This document shows, in pieces, positions 46,820-58,278 of a DNA stretch of 64,000 nucleotides (positions are counted from its first letter, which is position 1; every line of letters starts with the position of its first letter). A model generated the notes under the pieces. It ran no database searches and had not been told where the DNA came from. It saw only the letters and a list, made by a program, of their open reading frames with translations. Source of the DNA: Flectonema sp. DT1601 (lineage: Eukaryota); NCBI GenBank assembly GCA_964019425.1, contig OZ025780.1, forward strand, positions 1,674,001 through 1,738,000, read 5' to 3'. A program made the position numbers and the translations under genes.

Positions 46820-46981
46820 ATGCTTCGTCGTAGTATATCACGTAAGGGTTACTCTCCTTTGATACTCTCAACAAGAACAAAGATTTATTACGTAAACGAG
46901 TTACAAGACACAATCGATATAGTTCCCTTGTTGGAAGAGTGAATGAAGGACGGGGTGTGATAGCGACAGGTAGACTTTCTA
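46820..46981 (+). pseudogene. Tandem duplicate of 46504..46782 with an internal deletion of about 115 nt and a frameshift
   Basis: First 33 codons nearly identical; sequence equivalent to about 46603-46717 missing; TGA at codon 41; 3' end GGTAGACTTTCTA retained. Confidence 0.88.
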
Positions 46982-47191
46982 ACACAACGTCCGGTAGTGC
47001 AACACATCACAATTCGATACAACAAATTGATGAAAAGTCTGCGAAGATTCAGTTGCGGTGTCTGCTGAACGCAACTTGTTTGTGTTTCGTCTTTTTTTTT
47101 TTTTAGCTTTATTTTTGTAATTCTCTCCTTCAAGCTTATTTTTTCGCAACAGCTCCACCCTTTACTTTAAATATAAAAAAAAAAAAAAACG

Positions 47192-47437
47192 ATGTCAACA
47201 ATTTCTGGTCAGCTTGGTAACGAAAACACCCAACAAGCATCAACAATCGAACAAACCCAACGTCTTTCAGCATTACCAATCGGTGCGTATCTTGATGAAG
47301 CGGTAGTCCCTGTCTTATTACAAGGACTTGCAGCCTTAACAAGAGAGAGACCTGAAAACCCAGTTGATTTTCTTGGAAATTTCTTGTTGAAAAACAATCC
47401 AAACAGAAGAGGACTTGTTGAGCAATCACTTAATTAA
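47192..47437 (+). CDS. DPY30: Dpy-30 motif protein (81 aa)
   Basis: [41 protein letters not shown] matches the Dpy-30 motif. Confidence 0.88.
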   Translation: MSTISGQLGNENTQQASTIEQTQRLSALPIGAYLDEAVVPVLLQGLAALTRERPENPVDFLGNFLLKNNPNRRGLVEQSLN

Positions 47438-47870
47438 AATTAGTCATCCGAGAGCGTGACTTCAAACAGTTAGATGCAAGCAGGCAGCAAAGATAAAGTT
47501 CTCCTTATACAGACTTTTATTTAGATATTATTTTCCATTCGGTTTTTTTCCCTTCTTTTTCTTTCCTGCTGTCCCCTCCCATTTCCCATTTTCTTTTTTT
47601 TGATATGTCGTGCGAACCCATAAGAAGGGAAGGAGATGTTCTTACTTTATAAGTTCGTTAAATTATTTAGAAAAATCTGGCATTGAATATGTGCATTATT
47701 TAGTGAAGTTTGGCTTTGTGCAGTTAAATTTACCTTCCATTCTTTTTTTTTTAAAGCAGCCATAACGAATTTAGTACAAGTGAAACGTAATATTAAAAAA
47801 AAAAAAAAAAAAAAAATAAGTTTTACTGCTACATTCTGACAGATTTTTTTTAAAAAAAAACCTTAAAAAA

Positions 47871-48306
47871 ATGGTCACCGTAAGCGGCAACAAATCAGGA
47901 CGTCCATGGAAGAAGGGAAAGAAGAAGGTCTCAACTCTAAACGCAACCGCAGCATCGAAAACAACATTCGCTCAAAGACGTGAAAAACAAAAGAAACAGC
48001 AGGCTGTTAAAGTTATTGCCGATGAACTAAAGAAGGGAGCAGACAGAAAGAAGGAACAAGAGAGAAAACGATTGGAAGCCATGAAGAAGAAGAAGAGTGA
48101 AGACTTACTTAAGTCTGTTAAGGTACAGGTTATTAAGGATGCTAGAAAGGTTTGTATTTATTGTATTTAAAAAAAAAAAAACACTAATTATCATTCCCAT
48201 TACACTACCAACACAGATAAAACGTATGTCGAAAAAGCAAATCGTCAAGTCAAGGATCTACCTAAACTCTCACCTTAATAGAGCCGCAGGTGTCTCCGAC
48301 CGATAA
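47871..48306 (+). CDS. CCDC86: CCDC86/Cgr1-family nucleolar coiled-coil protein (122 aa), join(47871..48149,48217..48306)
   Basis: KSGRPWK start, Lys/Glu helix and VQVIKDARK|IKRMSKKQI motif after splicing. Confidence 0.8.
48150..48216 (+). other. Spliceosomal intron, 67 nt, phase 0
   Basis: GTTTGT...poly(A)...ACTAAT...CCAACACAG; restores the family motif. Confidence 0.88.
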
Positions 48307-48823
48307 TCAGCGTAGGCACTGCTCTGTTTGTTTGTAAGTATGACTGGCTAAGTTATCCAGTTCGTGTTCATAGGCAGGTCAAAGCCATTATAATCTATCC
48401 CTGAGTAAGGTTCCTAGGCAGGCAAGATGTCTGCCTTGTTGTTTTATTTTTTCTTTTTTTTTTCTTCCTTTTTTTTTTATCATACATTTGGTGGTCAATC
48501 ATTAAAAAAAAAAAAAAAAAAAAAAAACATTTATCTGGTTTGTTTCCCTTGTTTCTCGTTTCCTCGATTTTTCCGTTCCTTTCTTCCCAAAGAAAGGGGA
48601 TTGAAAAAAAAAAAAAAAAAAAAAAAACACTTTATAATAAAATTACGGATCCCTAATATTTATCAGTCTGGATGCTTCAATTAAATTAAGATTATTGGAA
48701 ATGATGTGTTTTTTTAATAACTTTGTTCTTCTCTCAGAGTAGTTATTTAACAACAAAAATAAAATAAGAACAGATCAAAACTCCAATATCATTAGCTTAT
48801 TCTTTCACAGGCTATTTCAGGGA

Positions 48824-51800
48824 ATGGATGACGCGAAAGACGCAAAGGATGAAAAGGACAGTAAAGACTCAAAGGATGAAAAGGACAGTAAAGACAGTAA
48901 AGATGAATCAGATACAACACGAACAGTAACAATACTACAACAACAACAAACATCTAGTCCTGCTGTTGTCGTGACTTCTGAGCCAACCGAATCACCACCT
49001 GTGAGTATCATCAGAACTGAGATGCCCACCACTGAGATGCCCACTGAGATGCCTACCACTGAGATGCCCACTGAGATGCCCACCGCTGAGATGCCCACCA
49101 CTGACATCCCGACAACTATGATACCATCGACTGAGAACCCTGACACTGCTGTTCCACTCATCACGAGCTCTCCGACAGTACAGAATACTGAAGTACCCAC
49201 CAGTGAATCACCTGTTAATTTAATCACTGAAGTGCCTCAGATAGCAACTACCGAAGTACCTCAAACTACTGTACCAGACTCACCGATACCCTCCACACTT
49301 CTATTAGAACAACCCGTAGAATCTGGTATTGTTATAAAAACAATAACAGACACCTGGGTGATTAGACAACCACAAGATGGTCAACAGATCGTAACAGTCA
49401 GGATACCGTTTTTAAAACTTTCGAATTGCTCTGGAGGAGTTGTTGAAGCATTGCGTTCGTACGTGGAATGGTACAAAATATATTATAATCCGAACAGTAA
49501 ACACGTACATTGTACTGAACATTCTATTCACATACCAACACCAAGACTTACAGCTGTTAGTAGTTCTGTTGTGTTAGGAAGTGATGTGGAACTTGAAGTT
49601 CCGGATTGGAAAATTCCGATAAATTCAAAATTAAGAAATCAAATCCTTGTTGATGAGTGGCTTCTAATAGAACGAGTTAGTTCCACTGCAAAGATTGAAA
49701 ATTTGGGATTCGGTGCGAAAATTATAACATACGAAGTGATTGACACTGAAAACAACAATGAATCAGTATGGGCAGTGTCAACTGCTGTTAGGATTCACCA
49801 GTCTGTAAATGCCTCGGAATTCACTGAGCAGAATGTAACGAAAATAGTGCAATCGGTTGATTCAATTTCTAATCCTGACGTTCAGACATTACGACTTAGG
49901 CTTGCAGCTGAATTCATAGCAGACGCATCCGCTAACAATGTTGATAGTAGTATTGCTCTCTCTGGTATTAATGACCTCTTTAGTATTCATTCTGATAATG
50001 ATCCTTTTAATAAAGATCAACGAACTAGTAGGGGACTACTGAATGCTGCATTGAGAAGTGTTAGGAAAAGCAAATTAGGACTTCCGTATCATTCAGAATA
50101 CTTTTCAGCGATCGTTCAAGCAGGTCAGAATATCATAAAAACAACGACAGCATACTACAGTACTAAATTGTCATCATTGACTCAGAATGATACGATCTTT
50201 CCAGAGGTTTATTTGACAAGTCGTTCTGGATCATTATTGCTTCAGCTTAATCAGCGATTTCTACTACCCTGGCCATGTAGTATCCAATACGTATTGTGGA
50301 GCAGTTCATCACGTCGTTGGGAGTATGGAGGTGATATTCGTATACCGAGGAGTGTTTACAGTAGTCTTCAACCTGATGGAGAGGATACCCGATCTTGTTA
50401 TGATTTTACTATTGAGGGATTGAGAGGCTTTAATGTTCTCTCGAATGAAACATCTGAAGAAATGATTAATGTTTTAGTTAATGATGTGCCTGCTGATGTT
50501 CCGGTGGCATTATCAACGAATTCAAAAGCGATGGAATATGAAAATATATTAGTATATGGAGGAGGTATTGAGGGAGAAGATGATAACACTGTAACCTTAC
50601 CATTACTTATTGTTATATTTTTAATGGGTTGGATCGTTGGGGTTGTTGTACTTCATAGAGCTGACAGTGATGCAGATCAGCTTGAAATTGATGTTCCGCT
50701 GTTTGAGTTTTCTGAAGTCCCAACTTTCGATCTCCGAGACCTACCTCCAAATGAACACGCAAGACCATCCTGGTCTGGTCCAGAATTAATAGACGATGAG
50801 AAACACAATAAAATCGCGTTTCCGTTTTTTAAAGTTTCCTCTCTTCAGATATTAGACAGGCATCCCTTAGATCCTTACATGAGACGTGATAAGATAGTTG
50901 CTTGGTGCTTATCGGTTTCTTTAATAGTGCTGGTTCTCGTTTTGTGTAGTCAAGGAGGCTCTGAGTCGCCTCTTACCGCCGGTCAGTATGTAATCATAGC
51001 TGTTGTTACATCAGTTTTAGTCCTTCCTTTGGTGTTTTTCGTGTCGTTGTTGTTTAGAAGAAGAAATGTTAGCGACGTCAACGATGAGGTCACTCCATTG
51101 AGTGTTGTGAGAAATGACAATGCGAATCTCGTAAACATTCATGTGTTAGCAATTAGAGGAGGTCCTGGATTCTTAGAAAGCACTTCATATGTTGTTGGGA
51201 TTGGATCTCTGGAAGTATCGACTAAAAACGGACGTCTTCCTGGTATTGATGTTCACGTTCCAGAAGCTACTCTGTTTTCTGATCCAGCTGGAGAATCAAT
51301 TCCAATAAGCATTGTTCATAATAGCAGTGGAAAGAAACGTCACATTTGTACAGGTCAATTAGTCATTCCTCATACTGATGTTGATTTCTCAAGTTGTAGT
51401 TGGATTCCACTTGGTGAGTCTGGAGTCAAAGCAAAAATCAGCTACACAGTAATCCCAGGAGCCGGTAGTAAGGATGTCTTAGCAGCAGCTGATTCGATGG
51501 AATTGACGAAAATTCAAATAATTTTCGAGAGAATTCCTCTTTTAGTAACCTTACTGGCGATCACAGCTGTAATATCAGGAACCCTAAACTGTTACTTTTC
51601 CATTCCGGGGATGTTAATAACGACCGTTGCAGGAGTCCCTTCATTATCTCCTTTAGTCGGAATGGCGTTATACACTTTACTAAGTGTCGTGTTTACTTCA
51701 ATAATATCAGAAAACTGGCTCCCATCAGTCGCCTTCATTGTTTTGGTTATAACTGTGATTGGTTCTGTTTTTTGCATCAAATTAAAACGACGTTTTCTGG

Positions 51801-52468
51801 TAGGGGTTGTCTTAGTAACTGGAATGACGTTAATATTTGTTGTCATTTTGATAAATTATAACTTTAGACCGATGTGGTGTGTTTGTTCAGTTCAACTGCA
51901 GCTTTTATTATGCTTTATATCAATTGGGTGTGTGAACTCACCTAGACGTGGGATGTTTAAGTGGGATAGTATTTTACATCAACCAGTTGACTGTGCGAGT
52001 ATTGGTTGTTGTGTACTAAGTGCGACTATTCATTTAATAGTTTTGCTGTCATACCATCGAGACTTGGACGATCCTTTCGTGAATGAAAGAGTTGCTGTTG
52101 GTAGTTCTGAAGTAGTCGCAATTCCTCTTTCATTCTTTACATCAATTTCCATTCCTATCTTGTTGTTTGGCGTTCTATCTGATTCGTTGGTTGTACCTCA
52201 ATCAATATCTCCTATGTTGAGTAGAGTAATTCATGTTTCTGCTACTGGTGTTGCAGTTGTTCTTCTAGCCTTAACATGGTCTACGTCATTGTCATGGAAC
52301 TCAGATAAGCAAACTTGTGTTATTGCTGCTGCTTTTGTTGGAATAAGTAACCAAATGCTATGCTGTACTGTTAGTCGATTACTTGGTAAGCTCGCTATTG
52401 AGAGATGTTTTGGAATTACTTCTCTTCGGAGGATAATATTTAAACTGAAGGAATGGTCGTCCGAATGA
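48824..52468 (+). CDS. Large multi-pass membrane protein with KD(S/E/A) and EMPTT mucin-like N-terminal repeats; weakly polycystin-1-like layout (1214 aa)
   Basis: T/P-rich stalk, long soluble region, one TM, loop, two TMs, beta-rich loop, then a further cluster of TMs; family not securely recognised. Confidence 0.75.
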   Translation: MDDAKDAKDEKDSKDSKDEKDSKDSKDESDTTRTVTILQQQQTSSPAVVVTSEPTESPPVSIIRTEMPTTEMPTEMPTTEMPTEMPTAEMPTTDIPTTMIPSTENPDTAVPLITSSPTVQNTEVPTSESPVNLITEVPQIATTEVPQTTVPDSPIPSTLLLEQPVESGIVIKTITDTWVIRQPQDGQQIVTVRIPFLKLSNCSGGVVEALRSYVEWYKIYYNPNSKHVHCTEHSIHIPTPRLTAVSSSVVLGSDVELEVPDWKIPINSKLRNQILVDEWLLIERVSSTAKIENLGFGAKIITYEVIDTENNNESVWAVSTAVRIHQSVNASEFTEQNVTKIVQSVDSISNPDVQTLRLRLAAEFIADASANNVDSSIALSGINDLFSIHSDNDPFNKDQRTSRGLLNAALRSVRKSKLGLPYHSEYFSAIVQAGQNIIKTTTAYYSTKLSSLTQNDTIFPEVYLTSRSGSLLLQLNQRFLLPWPCSIQYVLWSSSSRRWEYGGDIRIPRSVYSSLQPDGEDTRSCYDFTIEGLRGFNVLSNETSEEMINVLVNDVPADVPVALSTNSKAMEYENILVYGGGIEGEDDNTVTLPLLIVIFLMGWIVGVVVLHRADSDADQLEIDVPLFEFSEVPTFDLRDLPPNEHARPSWSGPELIDDEKHNKIAFPFFKVSSLQILDRHPLDPYMRRDKIVAWCLSVSLIVLVLVLCSQGGSESPLTAGQYVIIAVVTSVLVLPLVFFVSLLFRRRNVSDVNDEVTPLSVVRNDNANLVNIHVLAIRGGPGFLESTSYVVGIGSLEVSTKNGRLPGIDVHVPEATLFSDPAGESIPISIVHNSSGKKRHICTGQLVIPHTDVDFSSCSWIPLGESGVKAKISYTVIPGAGSKDVLAAADSMELTKIQIIFERIPLLVTLLAITAVISGTLNCYFSIPGMLITTVAGVPSLSPLVGMALYTLLSVVFTSIISENWLPSVAFIVLVITVIGSVFCIKLKRRFLVGVVLVTGMTLIFVVILINYNFRPMWCVCSVQLQLLLCFISIGCVNSPRRGMFKWDSILHQPVDCASIGCCVLSATIHLIVLLSYHRDLDDPFVNERVAVGSSEVVAIPLSFFTSISIPILLFGVLSDSLVVPQSISPMLSRVIHVSATGVAVVLLALTWSTSLSWNSDKQTCVIAAAFVGISNQMLCCTVSRLLGKLAIERCFGITSLRRIIFKLKEWSSE
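49018..49110 (+). repeat. Coding tandem repeat ACTGAGATGCCC(ACC), 12-15 nt units (EMPT/EMPTT)
   Basis: Directly visible tandem units. Confidence 0.9.
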
Positions 52469-54907
52469 TTTCTTTTTTTGTTTTCACTCCCTTCTTTGAT
52501 TCTCTCTTCTATTTTTTTGTGGAATTAGTTTTCCTGCCTCCTAGAGACTATAAATGCAAACTTTTCTGAAACAATTTTTTTTTTTTTTTTTTAAATTTTA
52601 CATCCATTGTTAACGGAGTGCAAAGCATGGGGCGCTCAACTTGTACGTGGCCCCCAAACTACCAGATTCAACAGCGATTTCTGGATACTAGTACTAATGT
52701 TATTTTTGTGATGTACGAGTTTAATACACTTATCTTTGCATTTTCTGTCGTACTACTACTCAGTTGTTAACTTTATTTATTTATCTTTTGAGTATTTAAA
52801 AGTTTACTACTGTTTTCTATATTGTTAAACTATCACTCTATGAATAACTGTTACAGTAGTATAGGTTTGAGACGCGCGTTATTTTTAGTTTTTCCTTTCA
52901 ATGTGAAAGACTTCAGCCGTTTCTTACACTACCTGCTCGTGCATGCGGTGGGTTTTAGTGGTCAATGACTTCTGGTTAAAACTATGTCTCTTCTCGCCTG
53001 TGAGAGTCTCACGGTTGTGGTGGAACCTCGCGAGCTTCCACCTTAAGGGTTTTGACTTTCCTGACTTCAACACAACAACAACAACAAAAAAAAATATATA
53101 TCAGTCATTCCTTTTTTTTGCGAACAGATTCTGGACACTGAAAATTTTTTTCAAAAAAAAATTGTAAAAATTTCGATCGAAGCGGCATTTTAATGCGCTG
53201 CATCGTTCGGTTCATTTCCGTCCGAAATCGGGAGGTTGGCATCACATACTTGTCTCCCGAATTGAGAAAAGAGATTTTGTGGTTTACTAAATCAGCTCAG
53301 CCGTGGACAAGTACCAAAACTAAAAATTAATCGAAGGGTCTAATTTTACACTGCTGACCCAGCGGGATTCAGAGAAAAAATAATCGAGCAAAAATATATT
53401 AAAGAGTACTCAGCATGTGCCGGTGAGGCAGATTTTTACTACCTGTCTTTTTGGACCTACTTTGATACTTAATGAAAACATTTTCTTTATATAGATGCAA
53501 CATTTTCCTTACATAATTGCTACTAGGGTTGATTAGTTAGCAAAAAGGTGCATATCTCCTGAGTTCGGGAGAAGGGAAAAAAAATAGTAAAAAAAAAAAA
53601 TTAGGGGTGTTTTTTACTCAGATTTTCTCGATCTTTCCATTCCAGGTCTGGGATTAATATTTATCATTGAGTAGTACCAAGGAAATCTTGCAAAGAGACG
53701 TTTATCTCTTTTTAGCAGCACTTACCATGTTTAAAAGTATATCCCTATGCCTAATTTTACAGATCGCACCCTCCCCGATTCCAAAAAATAAAAAATCGAG
53801 CAAAAGTAACATATCGTGTAACCTTGCTCAGGCGGTGAGAAAATGGTGTTTTTTGTTCGCAAAAAAAAGGAATGACTGATATATCGATTTACCTTTTATT
53901 GTGATTGGTATAAATGTTCTCTGCTTTTGGTTTTAATTTTTTTTTTTCCTTCTTTTTTTTTGAAATATGGATTCCACAGCTTCTGTTTTATTTTTCAGCA
54001 AGTAATTGTTTTCATTTTCACGTAGCCACATCGCACTATTCAGAAAACGTTTGGATTTGAATAAAACCTAAATTAAACAAAACCGGCAGTATGTATGAAT
54101 GATTGATTTAAGTAATAAACGATCCCCGCCCGTTTCCGTTTTTTTTTTTTTTTTTTTAAAAAAAACTATAACAAGTTTTTCCATTCTCTACTCTCTTTAG
54201 TTAACATTAGTATTTCTTCATTTTGTGTCAGTAATAATAAGAGAGTGAACTACCTCTTTTTTTTTTTTTTTTTTTGGGTTGTTTCTGCTGCTTTTTTAAA
54301 GTTTTGTTTAATTTCTAGTCAATAAGACAAAAAATATATTTTTTTCCCTTTTGTATTTTTCTAAAACGAAACCTTTTCTTTCAACAACTGCAAAATGTTT
54401 TTTTTTTTTTTTTTTTTTTTTTCCAATCAATGTACCTTTAATATTTAAAAAGACGGTACTGTTTTTATGTTGTCAAAAGTTTCACTAAAACTAATCTAAT
54501 ATGAAAGCTTTATCTTTCTGTAGTTTTTTTTTTTTTTTTTTTTCCAGTTTAGCCTTATTACTTTATTTTAGTATTATTAAATGGTTTCCTTATATAGTTT
54601 TAGGTTTTTTTTTTTCAAGACAAATATAATTATTAATTTAAAATACTCATGAGTTATATTAACGGCAATATAAGCAAGTGGCACTCAGCTATGTTCACGT
54701 GGGCTTCCCCCCCCCCAGTCATTTACTACGCTGCCGCTGACAGTCAAAGATTGTCTGAGATTGTTGTTTCCTAATATAGTATCCATTATTCCCTTTCTTC
54801 TGTAGACACTTATCACCCTTCTCAAGGAAGTTAAGTTGAGGGAAAAAAAGAGAAAACAAACTTCTTTCCTATTGGATGAGGAGACTGTTTTTCTTTTTTT
54901 CATTATC

Positions 54908-54939
<32 letters not shown>

Positions 54940-57051
54940 ATTTGTTGTGTTTTTTTATCTTGTGAATGTATTCTATTTCTGGTCTACTGTTCTGATTTGA
55001 TTTGTACCCTAATAAGGATATTCCCTTAATCTACTGATGATAATGTCCTCCGTCTATATGAGTGCTTCCGATAGGGAAGGCGACTCTATGTAGTAGTCTG
55101 TAATTTAGTCGTTAATCCATCAAGTCAGTCTTGGTAGAGTCTCTCAGGATTTATTGAGGAAGCACACAGGAAAGCTTCACAGCAAATTGTTTATCAAACT
55201 TACATGTGTTGATTCTCAGTCTTGCAGCTCAGCAGAGATGAGCAGTACCTAAACATGGTATCGTTCTATCGCTTGCCTTCAACGGTAAGAATAACAACAT
55301 TGTTAATGATGATATGTTTTTTTTTTTTTTTTTTTAGTTACTGTGAACAACAGATCTTTTTCTTTTACAACATTAGTTTACTCCTTTCCCTCTTTTTTTT
55401 TGTTCTCCTTCATTTCGAGTTGTTTGATGATATTTTTCACAAACTAGTTTTCCATCCTCTGAGGGCAACCTACTTAATACTAAATACTAATATTCGTTGC
55501 AATAAGTAGTTGTCGTTACCGAGTCTCAAGGTGGAGTTCAACTCCCCTGACTGAATAGTGTTTGAGAAAATTCTGTTAAGACTTTGTAAGGTCACTTACA
55601 TGGTTGACAAACGTCTACTTTTTTCTTTTTTTTTTTTTTTGAAAAAAAAAATTTTTATTTTTCATGCATCTCTTATTTAAAACATATCTTTGGCTGTGTA
55701 TATGTTACACGCATATGTAATATGAGAGATTACTGTTTTTTTTCGCTTTTTTGCGCTACTAGCATATTTTGGGCCCCCATATATCGCCCAAGGTCAGGGG
55801 GATTTTTTTTTTTTTTTTTTCCTAAAAAAAAAAATCTTCCCTACATGCTAATCCCTGTCTATGCAGTGGAATCCTAAGCTTTGCCAGCTTTTTTGCTGAC
55901 AGTTTTTTTTTTTTTTTTTTTTTTTTTGTGGAAAATTTTTAGGCCAAAAAAAATCCCTATAGAAAATAAACTGCACTCAGCACATCGTCTGATAGAAATA
56001 ATTCTTGCATCGTGACCGAGTAAGAAGAAGCCTTACTAATGCTAACAGTCCAGGGAGGTTAACGATAACAACTGTGCGACTGACAGAATTACGTTGGTGA
56101 TCGTACTCGCCAAGCGATGAGTGTTTTCCCGAAGTCCTAGACTCGCGTCTGTAGTGACACTAGGGAAGTACTTTTTTTTTTATATAATATGTTGTGTGTT
56201 TTTTAGTTTTCAGGTTCCCCTCTCCCCTCCTTTCTTTTTTTCGATTCGTATCTTTTTTTTAAAAAAAAACGGGAAAAAAAAATAAAAAAAAAATGTCACT
56301 AAAATAAAACATTGCGTCAATATGCGATTAATTATTATGGGTTCCAATCGATGTGCCTACGCCTAGCTATAGTTCTTTTCTTTGGTTACTGAGTTGGGAT
56401 GAACTCGACACGATTGTCAACCTCTCTAACGATCAACTACTGCGGCCAGTAAGGAGACGATTTGAGCTTTAGTTGCAACCTCATATTTTTATTGCTTCAA
56501 TTTTTGAAAGCCGACTTCTGCTGACCTCTGCTTGACTACTTTACTATTGTGGAATACTAACACAAATGGTAATTTAACCTTCTTACAATTTGATCTGAAA
56601 ACAAGTGGCACGAAGCTGCTGTTCTTTTATTTTCGTGCGTTTGGTGGATTATCCCCCCCCTTTTTTTTTTGTTTTTTTGTTTTGTTTTTATTTTCCCCTT
56701 CAACATGTCAATCTCTGCGTGAATAAGCAGGGTGGGAAACAATAGTAATTTTCCTTATTCGCGATAAAAATAAGGTGATCGAGTAGCATCAGTTCGTTCC
56801 CTTTGGATAAACTAATTGTCTGCAAAGCTACCGGTTGCGGTCGTTGTTTTCTTGGTACAGTTACAGGTATGAATCCTGAAGTTATGTTTTGGTTTTATGT
56901 GTTTTCGATTCTCGTTATAATTGCTTCCAGTCTGATCATTACATAGTTTTTACAGGACAATACAATAGGTAATCTTATGAAAAGAAAGATAATAAGGAGT
57001 TTTTTTTTAAGTTTTTTTTTTATTTTTTATTACTTTGAAACAGAATACAAA

Positions 57052-58278
57052 ATGCGTTTCATGTTGACGCTTTGCGGGCTAACTAGTGCAGCCCTAGCAA
57101 GTGAAATGCCTCTCATTAGGCTAAACAAAGCTGAGGCAGTCTCACGAGGTGCTGTTTGCCTTGATGGTTCGGAACCAGCAATTTATTTTGAACCGAACAG
57201 AACAGGATCAGATCCAACTAAGTGGGTTTTGTTTTTTAAGGGAGGAGGATGGTGTTATGATGAAGAAGACTGTGCTGGAAGGTACCACAGCGAGTTGGGC
57301 ACGACTACCAACATTCCAAGCAAATACGGATACTCTGGGGTCATTGATAACAACTCATCGATTAATCCAACCTTTGCGAACTTTAATAGAGTTCTACTTT
57401 GGTATTGTGACGGAGGTTCCTGGTCTGGAGATCGCTCTGAACCAATATCATGGCCTGATCCAAAGCAGCCTGGGAAGAACCTAACAATGTACATGCGTGG
57501 TCATCGTATTCTTGATTTCACTTTAGAAGTCTTGAAACGTGATTATGGACTTTCTCACGCAAAGGAAGTTCTGATCGCTGGTGGTTCTGCTGGGGGTCTT
57601 AGTACTTACCTCCACTCAGACTACATTGTTAGTACATTCCCTGAGGATACAAAAATTAAAACTGTCGCTCAATCAGGATTCTTCTTGCTGCATAACAATT
57701 ATGAGAACATACCACTGTACCCAAACAGGATGCGTTATGTTTTTCACATGCAAAACGCAACAAACAACGTCAACAAAGCCTGTATAAAAAATGAGAAAGA
57801 AAATCCAAGCAATTGTATGTTTGCTAACTACAGCTATTCGTATACGACTACTCCGATATTTCCATTACAGTCTGCTGTTGATGCCTGGCAGATGGCTAAC
57901 ATATGGCAGGGTGACCATGGCTGCACCAGCAACAACTTCGAACATTGTAACTCCAGTCAGATTGCTGATCTTAATAAGTACCACGATGACTTTATGGTAG
58001 ACTTGACTAGGAGTGAAAAGTTTAAAAGAAATGGAGAAGGTGGTTTTGTAGAATCCTGTCTGGAACATGACTCTGCAGAAACGGAAACCGCATTCACCCA
58101 CTACAACATTAATGGAACTATCGAACGTGATGCTGTTACAAGATGGTGGTTCTCTGAAAATGAACCAGCGTCAAACCATTGGTTTCTCCCATGTAAACTA
58201 AACACTGAATCTCCTCATCAATGCAACCCTTCGTGTACAGCGAAGAACTATATCTGTAATCAGTTTGGTTGTGAATGA
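57052..58278 (+). CDS. Secreted pectin acetylesterase/Notum-family (CE13) hydrolase (408 aa)
   Basis: Signal peptide; AVCLDGS, GGGWC, YCDGGSWSGD and GGSAGG motifs; candidate Asp (SAVDAWQ) and His (SCLEH); start reassigned to ATG 57052. Confidence 0.92.
   Translation: MRFMLTLCGLTSAALASEMPLIRLNKAEAVSRGAVCLDGSEPAIYFEPNRTGSDPTKWVLFFKGGGWCYDEEDCAGRYHSELGTTTNIPSKYGYSGVIDNNSSINPTFANFNRVLLWYCDGGSWSGDRSEPISWPDPKQPGKNLTMYMRGHRILDFTLEVLKRDYGLSHAKEVLIAGGSAGGLSTYLHSDYIVSTFPEDTKIKTVAQSGFFLLHNNYENIPLYPNRMRYVFHMQNATNNVNKACIKNEKENPSNCMFANYSYSYTTTPIFPLQSAVDAWQMANIWQGDHGCTSNNFEHCNSSQIADLNKYHDDFMVDLTRSEKFKRNGEGGFVESCLEHDSAETETAFTHYNINGTIERDAVTRWWFSENEPASNHWFLPCKLNTESPHQCNPSCTAKNYICNQFGCE

Noticed and set aside
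48701..48773. Possible micro-exon ATGATGT plus a 66-nt intron extending gene 48824 upstream
   Set aside because: Donor GTTTTT departs from the GTWTGT consensus and the extension gives no signal peptide
55490..55560. GGAGTTCAACTCC T-arm-like hairpin
   Set aside because: No D-arm or anticodon arm; too short to call
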